Part shown: one piece after another, positions 7,445 through 16,410 of the stretch
Position numbering within the stretch: the first letter of the stretch is position 1
How the letters are laid out: each line of letters opens with the position of its first letter
DNA from: a virus
Lineage: Duplodnaviria; Caudoviricetes
Strand: one strand, 5' to 3'
DNA: 29,383 nucleotides
Virus record (IMG/VR): IMGVR_UViG_3300012953_000152
Location: 1-29,383 of that record
Made by a program: the position numbers and the translations under genes
Notes under the pieces: model-generated
Seen by the model: only the letters and a program-made list of their open reading frames with translations
The model's database searches: none
What the model was told of the DNA's origin: nothing

Positions 7445-8638
7445 ATGGCGGCTATACAAGGGATGCGCGGAACAGGCGAGTTTGGTACTGATTTCCGTCC
7501 CAAAAACTACAGGGAGTTATTCACACTCCTTGAACCAAACGGCAACGCACCACTTAACGCGATGCTTTCTATGGGTTCCTCTGAACCAACTGACGACGCC
7601 GAATATAAGTGTTTCAGAGATGAACTCCCAGATCGTAAGCTAAAAGTGAATGGTGCGGTAGCATCAACTTCAACAACAAGCATCACTGTGGATGCGTCAG
7701 ACGATAACAAATTTGCTATCTCTGGCTCTATCCTCATCAATGCGACAACTGGTGAAGTTATGCACGTTACTGCTGATACAACAGCTACAACAGTAACAGC
7801 CACACGAAACATTGGAGGTACGTCTCACCAGATTGCCGATAACGCAGAACTGTTTCTTGCAGGGTTTGCGGCGGCTGAAGGCGCGACATCACCCACTCCA
7901 ATCTCATTTGATGCAACTGTAGCCAGCAACTACACTCAGATCTTTAGGACTGCGTTTCAAGTAACTAACACTATGAACAGCACCTACCTAAGAACTGGTG
8001 ATAAGTTGGACGAAGCTATGACTAAAGCCTTAAAGATGCACATGTCTGATATCGAAAGAGCTATGTTCTTTGGATACAAGCATGAGGCAAACGGCTCAAC
8101 GTCTGCTCCTACTCGTTACACTGGTGGTATCATTAATCAACTTACAAACGTGGTAGACATCACTACAGACTATGCGTCTTATGGTGGTACTGGCGCAGGG
8201 AAAATGACTGAAGAGGGTTTTGATAACTTGCTTATCTCTACTGTCTTTAAGTACGGCTCCAAGCAAAAGATCGCATTTGTAGGAACCAATGTCGCTAACC
8301 AGCTACAACAGATGGGTAAGGACAGATGGAAGCCAACAGCAGTCGAAGGCGCATACGGAGTGAACCTAACAAGGTACACCACATTCGCAGGCGATCTGAT
8401 GGTTCATCTACATCCTCAGTTCCGTCAAATTCCAAACATGGCTAACGCTATGGTTATCGTCGACTTCCCTTATATGACTTACAGATACTTGGAAGGCAGA
8501 GATACAACGCTATTGGAAAACAGACAGGCAACTGATGCTGATAGCACAAAGCACGAGTATCTAACCGAGTGTGGATTAGAACTCTTGCAAGACAAGGTTC
8601 ACGCCTACGTTAAGAACTGGACAACCAGAACTAACTAG
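7445..8638 (+). CDS. Major capsid protein, SU10/DUF5309-like (397 aa)
   Basis: GGAGG SD; motifs 'NYTQIFRT..QVT.T', 'DIERAMFFG', 'RYTGGI', 'Y.T.FG/AG.L.V.LHP', 'EYLTECGLE'; flanked by terminators. Confidence 0.9.
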   Translation: MAAIQGMRGTGEFGTDFRPKNYRELFTLLEPNGNAPLNAMLSMGSSEPTDDAEYKCFRDELPDRKLKVNGAVASTSTTSITVDASDDNKFAISGSILINATTGEVMHVTADTTATTVTATRNIGGTSHQIADNAELFLAGFAAAEGATSPTPISFDATVASNYTQIFRTAFQVTNTMNSTYLRTGDKLDEAMTKALKMHMSDIERAMFFGYKHEANGSTSAPTRYTGGIINQLTNVVDITTDYASYGGTGAGKMTEEGFDNLLISTVFKYGSKQKIAFVGTNVANQLQQMGKDRWKPTAVEGAYGVNLTRYTTFAGDLMVHLHPQFRQIPNMANAMVIVDFPYMTYRYLEGRDTTLLENRQATDADSTKHEYLTECGLELLQDKVHAYVKNWTTRTN

Positions 8639-8669
8639 GGACGACCTTGATCGTGATTTCTGAGATAGT
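8639..8669 (+). promoter_or_regulatory. Putative phage promoter copy 4 (GG-ACGACC-N17-GATAGT, with TG extension)
   Basis: Starts at the base after the MCP stop; TG at 8661-8662; the -10 overlaps the terminator's left arm. Confidence 0.55.
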
Positions 8670-8698
8670 AAAGGGGCAATCATGCCCCTTTACTTTTT
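8667..8698 (+). terminator. Rho-independent terminator after capsid gene
   Basis: Perfect 12-bp stem AGTAAAGGGGCA-atca-TGCCCCTTTACT followed by TTTT. Confidence 0.85.
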
Positions 8699-8708
8699 GG
8701 AGATAAAC

Positions 8709-9041
8709 ATGGCAGAACAAAAGACGACAAAGAAAAGAGCAAGAACAAAATCAGGACACTACAGAGCCGACGACCCTAGCACACCAGACGTAGATGAAGC
8801 ATGGGAAGGCGTACTTCCTGACACTAAAGAGACTGAAAAGAAAACAGCATGGTCTGGTGACGACCACATCTGGTACGAAAGCAAGAACAAAGAGCCTTCA
8901 ATGTTTGAGGTTGCAGGCATCTCACCAATACGTAACTTTGCAAACGGAACTCTTGAATACAAAGTACACAAAGACGACATCACTCGCTTTGAGAAGAACC
9001 ACTTTGTTATGAATGCAAGGATCGTTAAGAAGAGGGTTTAA
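8709..9041 (+). CDS. Hypothetical protein (110 aa), post-capsid
   Basis: GGAG SD precedes the ATG at 8709; the ORF-track start at 8682 is inside the terminator. N-terminal 'RAR...G.Y.ADDPSTPDVDEAW' motif. Confidence 0.78.
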   Translation: MAEQKTTKKRARTKSGHYRADDPSTPDVDEAWEGVLPDTKETEKKTAWSGDDHIWYESKNKEPSMFEVAGISPIRNFANGTLEYKVHKDDITRFEKNHFVMNARIVKKRV

Positions 9042-9043
9042 CA

Positions 9044-9550
9044 ATGGCAACACCCAATAGTGACAGTAATCCACACATAAGAGAAAAGAACTCTACCCTT
9101 CAAGCCTTGGCTATGCAGGCTCTCAGACGTTATGGAGACTTCCACCCTGGCACAATAGATGGCGACGTTATGCTTATGTTTATTGACTTTGCTAATATGA
9201 TAATTGACGAAGTTAGAGCCCATCCATACGCTCCGACAACAAGCACAACAACAAATGGCACAACCACAACAGCCGTAACGGGCATTGATTACTACGTTTC
9301 GCAGACAGATGTTAGAGAAATAAAAGACATTATCATTGTTCAAGGTCTTTTATACCATTACGCCGTTCAGCAAGGCAGTGACAAGATACAATTCTACATG
9401 CCAACCTACTACAACACTCTCAACCGAGAATTGTGGGAAGCAAAGAACGGCAACACCAAAATCCAACTAACAATAGTAGATGACGGAACAAACAAGAGAA
9501 ATATTAACGGCGGTAAAACAAGTACATTCAATGGATCGGTTAGTTATTAA
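9044..9550 (+). CDS. Probable head-tail adaptor (tail tubular protein A-like, 168 aa)
   Basis: Size and position between capsid and nozzle; helical 'L...ALRRYG' start and 'IIVQGLLYHY' end. Confidence 0.6.
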   Translation: MATPNSDSNPHIREKNSTLQALAMQALRRYGDFHPGTIDGDVMLMFIDFANMIIDEVRAHPYAPTTSTTTNGTTTTAVTGIDYYVSQTDVREIKDIIIVQGLLYHYAVQQGSDKIQFYMPTYYNTLNRELWEAKNGNTKIQLTIVDDGTNKRNINGGKTSTFNGSVSY

Positions 9551-11061
9551 TGCCCAGTACGACCAAATCTATAAGTGGCGTTAGTGCCAGTACCTTTGCT
9601 TATGAGAATTTTCAAGGTCTCGATACATCACGGGATATCACAAGTCTTGACACTGGGAAGAACCAGCATCTTTCTAAGAGCCTAAACGCTACAGTTGATT
9701 GGCGTGGTCAAATTGTCCGTGATGCTTCATGCAAGTTTAGAAAAGGTCAATTTAAAATAAATCACGTTCGCTTCTTCGGTAAAGACGAGGTCTGCTATGT
9801 AGAAGAAACGGGCTCTGGTCTTAATTTTAAATCAGAAAGAGATCACATTTTAGAGAACGTGTACCCAACGGCGGCAATCGTAACAAGCACAGTATTCAAT
9901 CAGGCTGTGCAATTCGCCGCTAGATCACGTCCTATGTACAGATATGACGGCATCAATTTTACTAGAAATCTATCCCCCTCAATTAATAGTATGATGCCGT
10001 CATACATTACGTCTGTGCAAAGACGTCTCGCTGTTGCTGGTATCCCTGGAAAAGAAACGCAAGTCCACCTTAGTCGCGTCGATCAAGACGAAATATTCCC
10101 AGAAGACGAAGACGCTACAAGCACTAACGTCTTGCGTGCTGGTTTCGTAGACGTCGCCAACCTATTAGGAACAGCCGATCAGATTACAGGTCTTGGAACA
10201 TTTGAACAAAATCGTCTGGTCGTTTTCACATCTGACAGAGCTATCATCTACAGAATAGATCCAGACATAGACAGATGGACAGTAGACGATAACGCCAACA
10301 TAAACATCGGGTGCATATCCCACAACACCATCGTCAACGCAGGAACAGACTTAATCTTCTGCTCCCGATCTGGCATCCACAGTATCAAACGCTCGGAAGA
10401 GAACGGCATCCTCGTCTTTTCATACAGTCTATCGGACAAGATAGACCTTCTTTTCAGAGAATTATTTAAGTCAGTTGAGAGCGCAGAACAAATAAACGCC
10501 GTCTTCGACCAAGACACAGCGCAATACCACGTCTTTTTTCCACAGCCAGGAGGCGAACTTTGCAGACGTCTCACTCTGGCTATGAACCCAGAAGGAGGAG
10601 AACCTCAACCTAAGTTCAGTACAGGAAACTTTCTCAATGCAAGATGCGGAGCATTTTTAGGAGGAACTCTCATACTGGGAACGACTGGTGGAATATACGA
10701 AGTGTTAAAGATTGAAGAAGAAGTGGACGGATCTTTCACTCCTGAAATGGAAATCATTACGCCCCTACTCTGGCACGGAAGTTTAGAAGATATTAAAGAA
10801 ACCCGAAGCGTAATAATCCAAGCGGCGGGCAAGGGAACTATCGAGATGGACGCGACAGACGAAGACGGACGTTTGCTCGGTAGTTTACTTTTTGAAGTTA
10901 ATGATACATCGGACGACAACTATATGGAGGATGTGCCATTATCGAAACAATATGAACGAAGTTGGTCTCATCGTTATAGAGCGGCGCAATACCGCTTAAA
11001 ATCAACTGGAGGCGGAGGCTTACTAAGGATAATCGGCTTTGCCGTAACTGTAAGGAGTTAA
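9550..11061 (+). CDS. Probable tail nozzle / stabilisation protein (P22 gp10 / T7 gp12-like beta-propeller, 503 aa)
   Basis: Beta-rich; 'FQGLD' start, 'QRRLAVAG', 'D.ITGL', 'IGCISHNTIV..G.DLIF.SRSGI.S' and 'LSDKI' patterns. Confidence 0.72.
   Translation: MPSTTKSISGVSASTFAYENFQGLDTSRDITSLDTGKNQHLSKSLNATVDWRGQIVRDASCKFRKGQFKINHVRFFGKDEVCYVEETGSGLNFKSERDHILENVYPTAAIVTSTVFNQAVQFAARSRPMYRYDGINFTRNLSPSINSMMPSYITSVQRRLAVAGIPGKETQVHLSRVDQDEIFPEDEDATSTNVLRAGFVDVANLLGTADQITGLGTFEQNRLVVFTSDRAIIYRIDPDIDRWTVDDNANINIGCISHNTIVNAGTDLIFCSRSGIHSIKRSEENGILVFSYSLSDKIDLLFRELFKSVESAEQINAVFDQDTAQYHVFFPQPGGELCRRLTLAMNPEGGEPQPKFSTGNFLNARCGAFLGGTLILGTTGGIYEVLKIEEEVDGSFTPEMEIITPLLWHGSLEDIKETRSVIIQAAGKGTIEMDATDEDGRLLGSLLFEVNDTSDDNYMEDVPLSKQYERSWSHRYRAAQYRLKSTGGGGLLRIIGFAVTVRS
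10911..10942 (+). promoter_or_regulatory. Putative phage promoter copy 5 (GG-ACGACA-N18-CATTAT, with TG extension)
   Basis: 152 nt upstream of the 11063 start; TG at 10934-10935; lies inside a CDS. Confidence 0.45.
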
Positions 11062-11062
11062 A

Positions 11063-12622
11063 ATGGCAAGAATAAGACAACAGTTTCCACAGAACTACGG
11101 CTCAAGTGGCAATATAAACACGGAGTTTGAGAACTTAATTCGTTATCTTAACGCCGCAGAACTTGGTAGCAACACAGTAGGCGAACTCCTATCAAAACTA
11201 TTTGATAGCACAGGCGCATTCATTGGCCCTATCGAACTACAGAAAAGCACAAGCGGTGACATTCAATACCGCGTTGGAACATACACAAACTCAGCAGACG
11301 GATGGATAACACTTGTTGCCGCCTCTGATCTTAGAGGAGCTTCAGGATCAAACGTAGGTGAGATCGGCGCACCCATCATTCATACACGAGTAGACGCAAT
11401 AGCCACATCAAGCCAGACAGTTTTTGATTATGCTCACGACGCCACAGACGAACTTCTTGTGTACGTTAACGGCGTATTGAAACGTAGCGGTGCATCATAC
11501 GACTATCAAACTAGCACCTCGGCAGGAACAGGAAGCGCAGGAGCAGTAACATTTAATGCAGGTCAAACTGCTGGACATACTGTAACGATCTATAAGATAA
11601 GAGCCACAGCCATTACTGGCTTTACCCGATCAGACACAGTAACCACAGCTAGTCAAACTGTGTTTGCTTTTGTCCATGACATAACAACAAAACTTCAAGT
11701 TTATAAGAACGGCATACTTCAGCGTGACGGGGGTTCATACGACTACACAACAAGCCCTGGAAATAACACAGTAACATTTAACTCGGCAGTAGCATCTGGA
11801 AACACGATATCTATTGTGACAGTTGAGAACACCTCATCTTCTGCTGTCACTGGTTTAATGTTTGAAAGTGATTACGTTAACAGTTCTACAGGACTTATAA
11901 ACCTAGCAAAAGTATCTATTGCCGATGGTGCAATAGCTCAAGCAAAAATTACAGACCTTGTTACAGCATTAGGTCTGAAAGCGAAATTGACTGTATCAAA
12001 CTCAACACCCTCCAGCCCTGCAACTGGAGATTTGTGGCATGATACTTCTCAAACACCTAACCAGCTAAAGTTTTATGATGGTACGCAGTTTTTAAGAACA
12101 TCACCCGAAAGCTCGCTACCAACTTTTACCTCTTCTAATGCTGGTCAGTTTGTTAGAGTGAATGGCACTGGTACTGCTCTGGAGTATGGTACAGTCGATC
12201 TAAGTTCAGTTATAGCTGTCACGCAAAAGGGTGCGGCGAACGGCGTAGCATCCCTAGACAGTACGGGACGTATGCCTTCAGCACAGCTACCGACATTCTT
12301 ATCATCAGACAGTTTTCATCAACTTGTAGCATCCGTTTCCAACGCTACGCTAGACATGAAACGTATCTACAAACAGAAGATACAGATAGACGGCATATCC
12401 GTACTAACATCGTCTGGCTCTTGCACTGTTCAAATACAAGTAAATGGAACGGGTCAAGGCAGTACATACACCGCTAACTCAACGGGGTTAGACACAGCAT
12501 TAAGCACACCGATCCAAGTAGACGCAACATCAGCAAATAAACGAGTTGGTTTTATTGTAACTAACAATAGTTCAGGAGCTAACCTTGAAGTCACATTGGC
12601 AATCAGTGTTCTATCGAGTTAA
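11063..12622 (+). CDS. Second long tail fibre / tail accessory protein (519 aa)
   Basis: AAGGAG SD; N-terminus similar to the 1039 protein; two tandem 'QTVF...L.VY.NG.L.R.G.SYDY..S...VTFN' domains; 'GDLWHDTS', 'KGAANGVASLD..G..P.AQLP' fibre motifs. Confidence 0.8.
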   Translation: MARIRQQFPQNYGSSGNINTEFENLIRYLNAAELGSNTVGELLSKLFDSTGAFIGPIELQKSTSGDIQYRVGTYTNSADGWITLVAASDLRGASGSNVGEIGAPIIHTRVDAIATSSQTVFDYAHDATDELLVYVNGVLKRSGASYDYQTSTSAGTGSAGAVTFNAGQTAGHTVTIYKIRATAITGFTRSDTVTTASQTVFAFVHDITTKLQVYKNGILQRDGGSYDYTTSPGNNTVTFNSAVASGNTISIVTVENTSSSAVTGLMFESDYVNSSTGLINLAKVSIADGAIAQAKITDLVTALGLKAKLTVSNSTPSSPATGDLWHDTSQTPNQLKFYDGTQFLRTSPESSLPTFTSSNAGQFVRVNGTGTALEYGTVDLSSVIAVTQKGAANGVASLDSTGRMPSAQLPTFLSSDSFHQLVASVSNATLDMKRIYKQKIQIDGISVLTSSGSCTVQIQVNGTGQGSTYTANSTGLDTALSTPIQVDATSANKRVGFIVTNNSSGANLEVTLAISVLSS

Positions 12623-13035
12623 TGATTGAGGTAGTTACGAATGAAAAAGAAAAAGTTGCAAAGTGGGCGGCTCCCCAAATCGACAGGGATATTAGATGGG
12701 ATCAGTTCCAAGCCTTTGGGTTTCTCGCCGACGGCAATCTTATTGGTGCAGTCATTTTTACGGAGTGGACGGGAGCGGATATCCACGTCAGTGCCGTCTC
12801 AACCAATCCAAGGTGGTTATCTCGCAAGCATCTCAAAATACTTCACGATTACGCCTTTAATCAATGCGGTTGCCTCCGTATTTCAGCGTTGGTCAAAGAC
12901 GGAAATAATAAATCAAAAAAGCTCTGCGAAGCCACGGGTTTCAAAGAAGAAGGTAGGCTCAGAAAATATTTTAAAGAAGAAGACGGGATTGTCTACGGGC
13001 AGATTAAAGAAGAATGCAAATGGCTAGAGAGGTAA
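12622..13035 (+). CDS. GNAT-family acetyltransferase (137 aa)
   Basis: 'YAFNQCGCLRISALV..GN..S.KL.E..GF.EEG.LR.YF' RimJ/RimL-type pattern; position matches the GNAT-like genes that precede ejection genes in podoviruses. Confidence 0.85.
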   Translation: MIEVVTNEKEKVAKWAAPQIDRDIRWDQFQAFGFLADGNLIGAVIFTEWTGADIHVSAVSTNPRWLSRKHLKILHDYAFNQCGCLRISALVKDGNNKSKKLCEATGFKEEGRLRKYFKEEDGIVYGQIKEECKWLER

Positions 13036-13038
13036 ATT

Positions 13039-14901
13039 ATGGGTAAAGGAGGATCAAGTTCACCACCAGATTATTCTGCTGAGAAATCGCAGATTAGGAC
13101 GGATACGGAGAATAAGTATCAGACACAGGCGGATGCTTACAATCAATCCATTGGTGAATACAACACACAGTTAGGGGGATTTTCGAATCAATTAGGCAAC
13201 CTATCGAGCAACATAGGTGGATTAAGCTACAAAGATCTTTATGACGACCCGACAACAGCAGAAAATGAAAACCCTTTTGGAACATATCAAACCCAACTAA
13301 AAGACATACAGACGGGTCTAGGTGGCTTAACTATGGACGCTCAAAAGCCTACCTTTAAGTCAGCATTAAATACTGATTACGGAACTGTTGGCATTCAAAA
13401 CATTCCTGAACTTATGAAAGCCAATACAAATCAATATAACACAGCCACTATGGATGTGAGCAATTTGATGACCAATCTCAACAATCTGAACAGACAGAGA
13501 GAAGACGAGGTAAGACGAATAGAGGACTATAGAGGCAGAGGATTGCAAGACCTCGCTGGCTACAGCACTCAACTTGGGCAGATGGGAATAGGCGATCTCT
13601 CACAAATGAACCAGATGGAAAGAGATCTATCAGGTCTAAAAGCAGGCGCAGATACATTTCAATCTCCTATTATGGATCAACTATATCCAGACGGCTTATC
13701 CCAATTCAATACCCAATACACCAATCTTACGTCAGGCTTACAAGACCTTCGAAACCGAAGGCAAACAGAGCTAGATCGTATATCAAACTATGAGTCAGGC
13801 ATACTTACCGACGTTGATGCTTACAGGGATAGACTTGGTGATATAACAATCGCAGACGAGAACGCTATAGACACACTCCTTTCCGATATAACCAATAGGC
13901 AAAGGGGCGTCGGACGTTTTGCTTCCGATCTTGGCTTTGATTTATCACAAGAAGGCGGAGAACTTAGCGATGTTTACCGAGATGTATCTAATTTACAGAA
14001 CGAAAGACAAAGAGAACTAGATAGAATTAGATCAGCAGAACAAAACTTTCTTGGCAATGCTAGAGGGTTAGAGCAATCAGCAGAAGGCGGAAGCATATAT
14101 AGTGGAGCAGGCATCAACAGACTGGAAGACAGACTGCGAGACCTTGAAGGCGACATCGCTGGCTTCTCATCCGTCTTGCCATCAGACTTTTCAAGAGCTA
14201 CAGGATCTATAACAGACGCAGAAACAGCCATTGCCTCTCTTAATGAGAGAAGAAAGACTGAACTTGACAACATTCTTGCCCAGGTTACAGGAGCTAGTGG
14301 CTCTAATCTTACAGATTTAAAGGCTTATGACGAAGCAGGCATGGGTAATTTGCAGAGTGCGCTTAGAGATGCTGGCTATGACTTATCACAATTCTCTGGA
14401 GGACGGGTAAATGATATTCAAACTCAACTTAGTAATGCTACTTCGGCGATTGATACACGACTTCAGGAGCTTTCCACTGCCAGAACTCAGTTGGAAACCC
14501 GCGCCCAAGAGCTTCTTCAACAAATAAACAACGCTAACTTCTACGCATCTAACGATCTAACAGGATCGCAAACCCAATTTGATGCGCTCAACGCAGAAGT
14601 AGAACTATACAACGCTCAAGAAGCTCTCGACGAAATACAGCAAGTAGAAAACAAACTAAACTCTGAGCGAAACAGACTAACTACTGACGAAGGAAACGTG
14701 GCGGCTAGACTAGCGCAAGAGCGAGCAGACGTAGCATCAGCTATCGGGCCATCAGGTGTTATGGAATTTAACAATATAGCGAGAAACCAAGTCGACCCAA
14801 TGTCACTTGAACAATATTTAAACTTATTAAGGAGCCAAGAGGAGGAAGATCCCACCCAAACACTACCATCAGCTTTCGCGCAAAATGTTATAAGGGCTTA
14901 A
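13039..14901 (+). CDS. Probable ejection / internal virion protein (620 aa, helical repeats)
   Basis: GAGG SD; MGKGGSSSP N-terminus; all-helical and acidic; follows the GNAT gene. Confidence 0.65.
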   Translation: MGKGGSSSPPDYSAEKSQIRTDTENKYQTQADAYNQSIGEYNTQLGGFSNQLGNLSSNIGGLSYKDLYDDPTTAENENPFGTYQTQLKDIQTGLGGLTMDAQKPTFKSALNTDYGTVGIQNIPELMKANTNQYNTATMDVSNLMTNLNNLNRQREDEVRRIEDYRGRGLQDLAGYSTQLGQMGIGDLSQMNQMERDLSGLKAGADTFQSPIMDQLYPDGLSQFNTQYTNLTSGLQDLRNRRQTELDRISNYESGILTDVDAYRDRLGDITIADENAIDTLLSDITNRQRGVGRFASDLGFDLSQEGGELSDVYRDVSNLQNERQRELDRIRSAEQNFLGNARGLEQSAEGGSIYSGAGINRLEDRLRDLEGDIAGFSSVLPSDFSRATGSITDAETAIASLNERRKTELDNILAQVTGASGSNLTDLKAYDEAGMGNLQSALRDAGYDLSQFSGGRVNDIQTQLSNATSAIDTRLQELSTARTQLETRAQELLQQINNANFYASNDLTGSQTQFDALNAEVELYNAQEALDEIQQVENKLNSERNRLTTDEGNVAARLAQERADVASAIGPSGVMEFNNIARNQVDPMSLEQYLNLLRSQEEEDPTQTLPSAFAQNVIRA

Positions 14902-14904
14902 AAT

Positions 14905-16410
14905 ATGGCGTTCTCACAAATGATAGGGTTAGCAGGAAATCTCTTCGGAGCAGTTTCCGCTTCCAACCAAGCCGCACAAGACAGAGCATTGCGAGAGAGA
15001 ATGTTCAACAGGCAAATGGAATTGCAAGAATTGAACTTCGCAAGAATGGAGGATGCAGACCGCTATCAGAGAGAAGAAAACGAATACCAAAGGCAGATGG
15101 AGCAGTTAAACAGGCTCTTGATGCAACAAGAACGCCAATATCAGCTAGACACTGTTGACGAAAATAAGGCATACGCTATGGAGCAAAGGCGTTTAGACAT
15201 TGAACGACAGTTAGCTGAAGATAAAGAAGCGGCAAAAATACAACAGTTTAACTTACAAAACCTATTACAACGGCAAGACATATCAGCGCAAGAACGTGAG
15301 TTTGCTATACAGCAACTCAACGAAGTAAAAGCAATAGCTTCAGGGGAACGAGACGAAGACAAGCGACGTTTCTATGAAGAACGAGCAATGGCTCAGATGG
15401 AACGTGAGTTCCTCATGGATCAGTTTGCAGAAGCAAAAGACCAAGCCTACTTTGAACGTGCTGACCAAATGCGTAACAGAGATATGATAATGAACCAGAT
15501 CTCTGGTATGCAAAACGCACTAAGAGACACATCAAGAGATCTTGGCTTCATGCCACGAGTAGATCCTATTTCCCAAGCAGACATAGATGCTGAGATTGAC
15601 AAGAGAACAACTCAGTATATGGGAGACGTAGACAGAGCGGCAGATCGTGTTGCGTCTGTAAACGAGGCTGAACTCATAAGAGCGGGTCTTGATGAAAGTA
15701 CACCTGGCACTGCGAGACGAGGAGACATTGCCGCAAGACTAGCAAATGAATATCAACAGGCAAGACTTAAAGCGCAAGACGACGCAATCCGTTACATCAC
15801 TGGCGAGAGCGATGCCCTGACTGGCAATATCGAAGACATCATGGCACAAAGATCAAGAATACTTGGCGAGACAGGTAACGTCTACGGCGCAGGCATTGAC
15901 CAGTTAATGCAAACTCCACAAGCATCATCTGCCTTGGGTGCTTATCAGATGGCTCAACTTGTACCATCTGGCATTTACAGTAGAAACTTACTAAGCGCAT
16001 CTGACTTCGACGCACCTATACCAATAGGAACTGCCGCCGTCCAAGGCTCGCTAACACCTGGAATGGCAGACTACTCAAGACCAACATCACTAGCGTCTAA
16101 CCAAGGCTTCAACGTGAAGACAGGCATCATGGCTCCATACGGCATGACATTACAAGATCCATCTGCCTATATGTCTAACGCAATAGGCATCGGAAACAAT
16201 CTCTACAACGCGGCGTCAAGTGCTTACGATATGTCGCAAAAACGTGCTTACGAAGCTGGATCAAACTTTGGTACGTCTTTCAACAAATCTATAAATGAAT
16301 GGGCGGCAACTCCAGGTAGTTGGTTGGGAGGCATGGACGATAAGGCTAATAATTGGATGGGCGGTAAAGGCTGGAACGTAACTCCAAAAGGAGGGTGGCC
16401 GTCACCATGA
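14905..16410 (+). CDS. Probable ejection / internal virion protein (501 aa)
   Basis: Hydrophobic Gly/Ala N-terminus followed by a long E/Q/R coiled coil and a Gly-rich C-terminus. Confidence 0.65.
   Translation: MAFSQMIGLAGNLFGAVSASNQAAQDRALRERMFNRQMELQELNFARMEDADRYQREENEYQRQMEQLNRLLMQQERQYQLDTVDENKAYAMEQRRLDIERQLAEDKEAAKIQQFNLQNLLQRQDISAQEREFAIQQLNEVKAIASGERDEDKRRFYEERAMAQMEREFLMDQFAEAKDQAYFERADQMRNRDMIMNQISGMQNALRDTSRDLGFMPRVDPISQADIDAEIDKRTTQYMGDVDRAADRVASVNEAELIRAGLDESTPGTARRGDIAARLANEYQQARLKAQDDAIRYITGESDALTGNIEDIMAQRSRILGETGNVYGAGIDQLMQTPQASSALGAYQMAQLVPSGIYSRNLLSASDFDAPIPIGTAAVQGSLTPGMADYSRPTSLASNQGFNVKTGIMAPYGMTLQDPSAYMSNAIGIGNNLYNAASSAYDMSQKRAYEAGSNFGTSFNKSINEWAATPGSWLGGMDDKANNWMGGKGWNVTPKGGWPSP

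Noticed and set aside
8580-8710. Programmed frameshift or read-through extension of the capsid protein (T7 10B-like)
   Set aside because: No slippery heptamer near the stop, and a terminator follows closely.
8008-16366. GGACGA at 8008 and 16335 as additional promoter copies
   Set aside because: No nAnnnT -10 at the 17-18 nt spacing.
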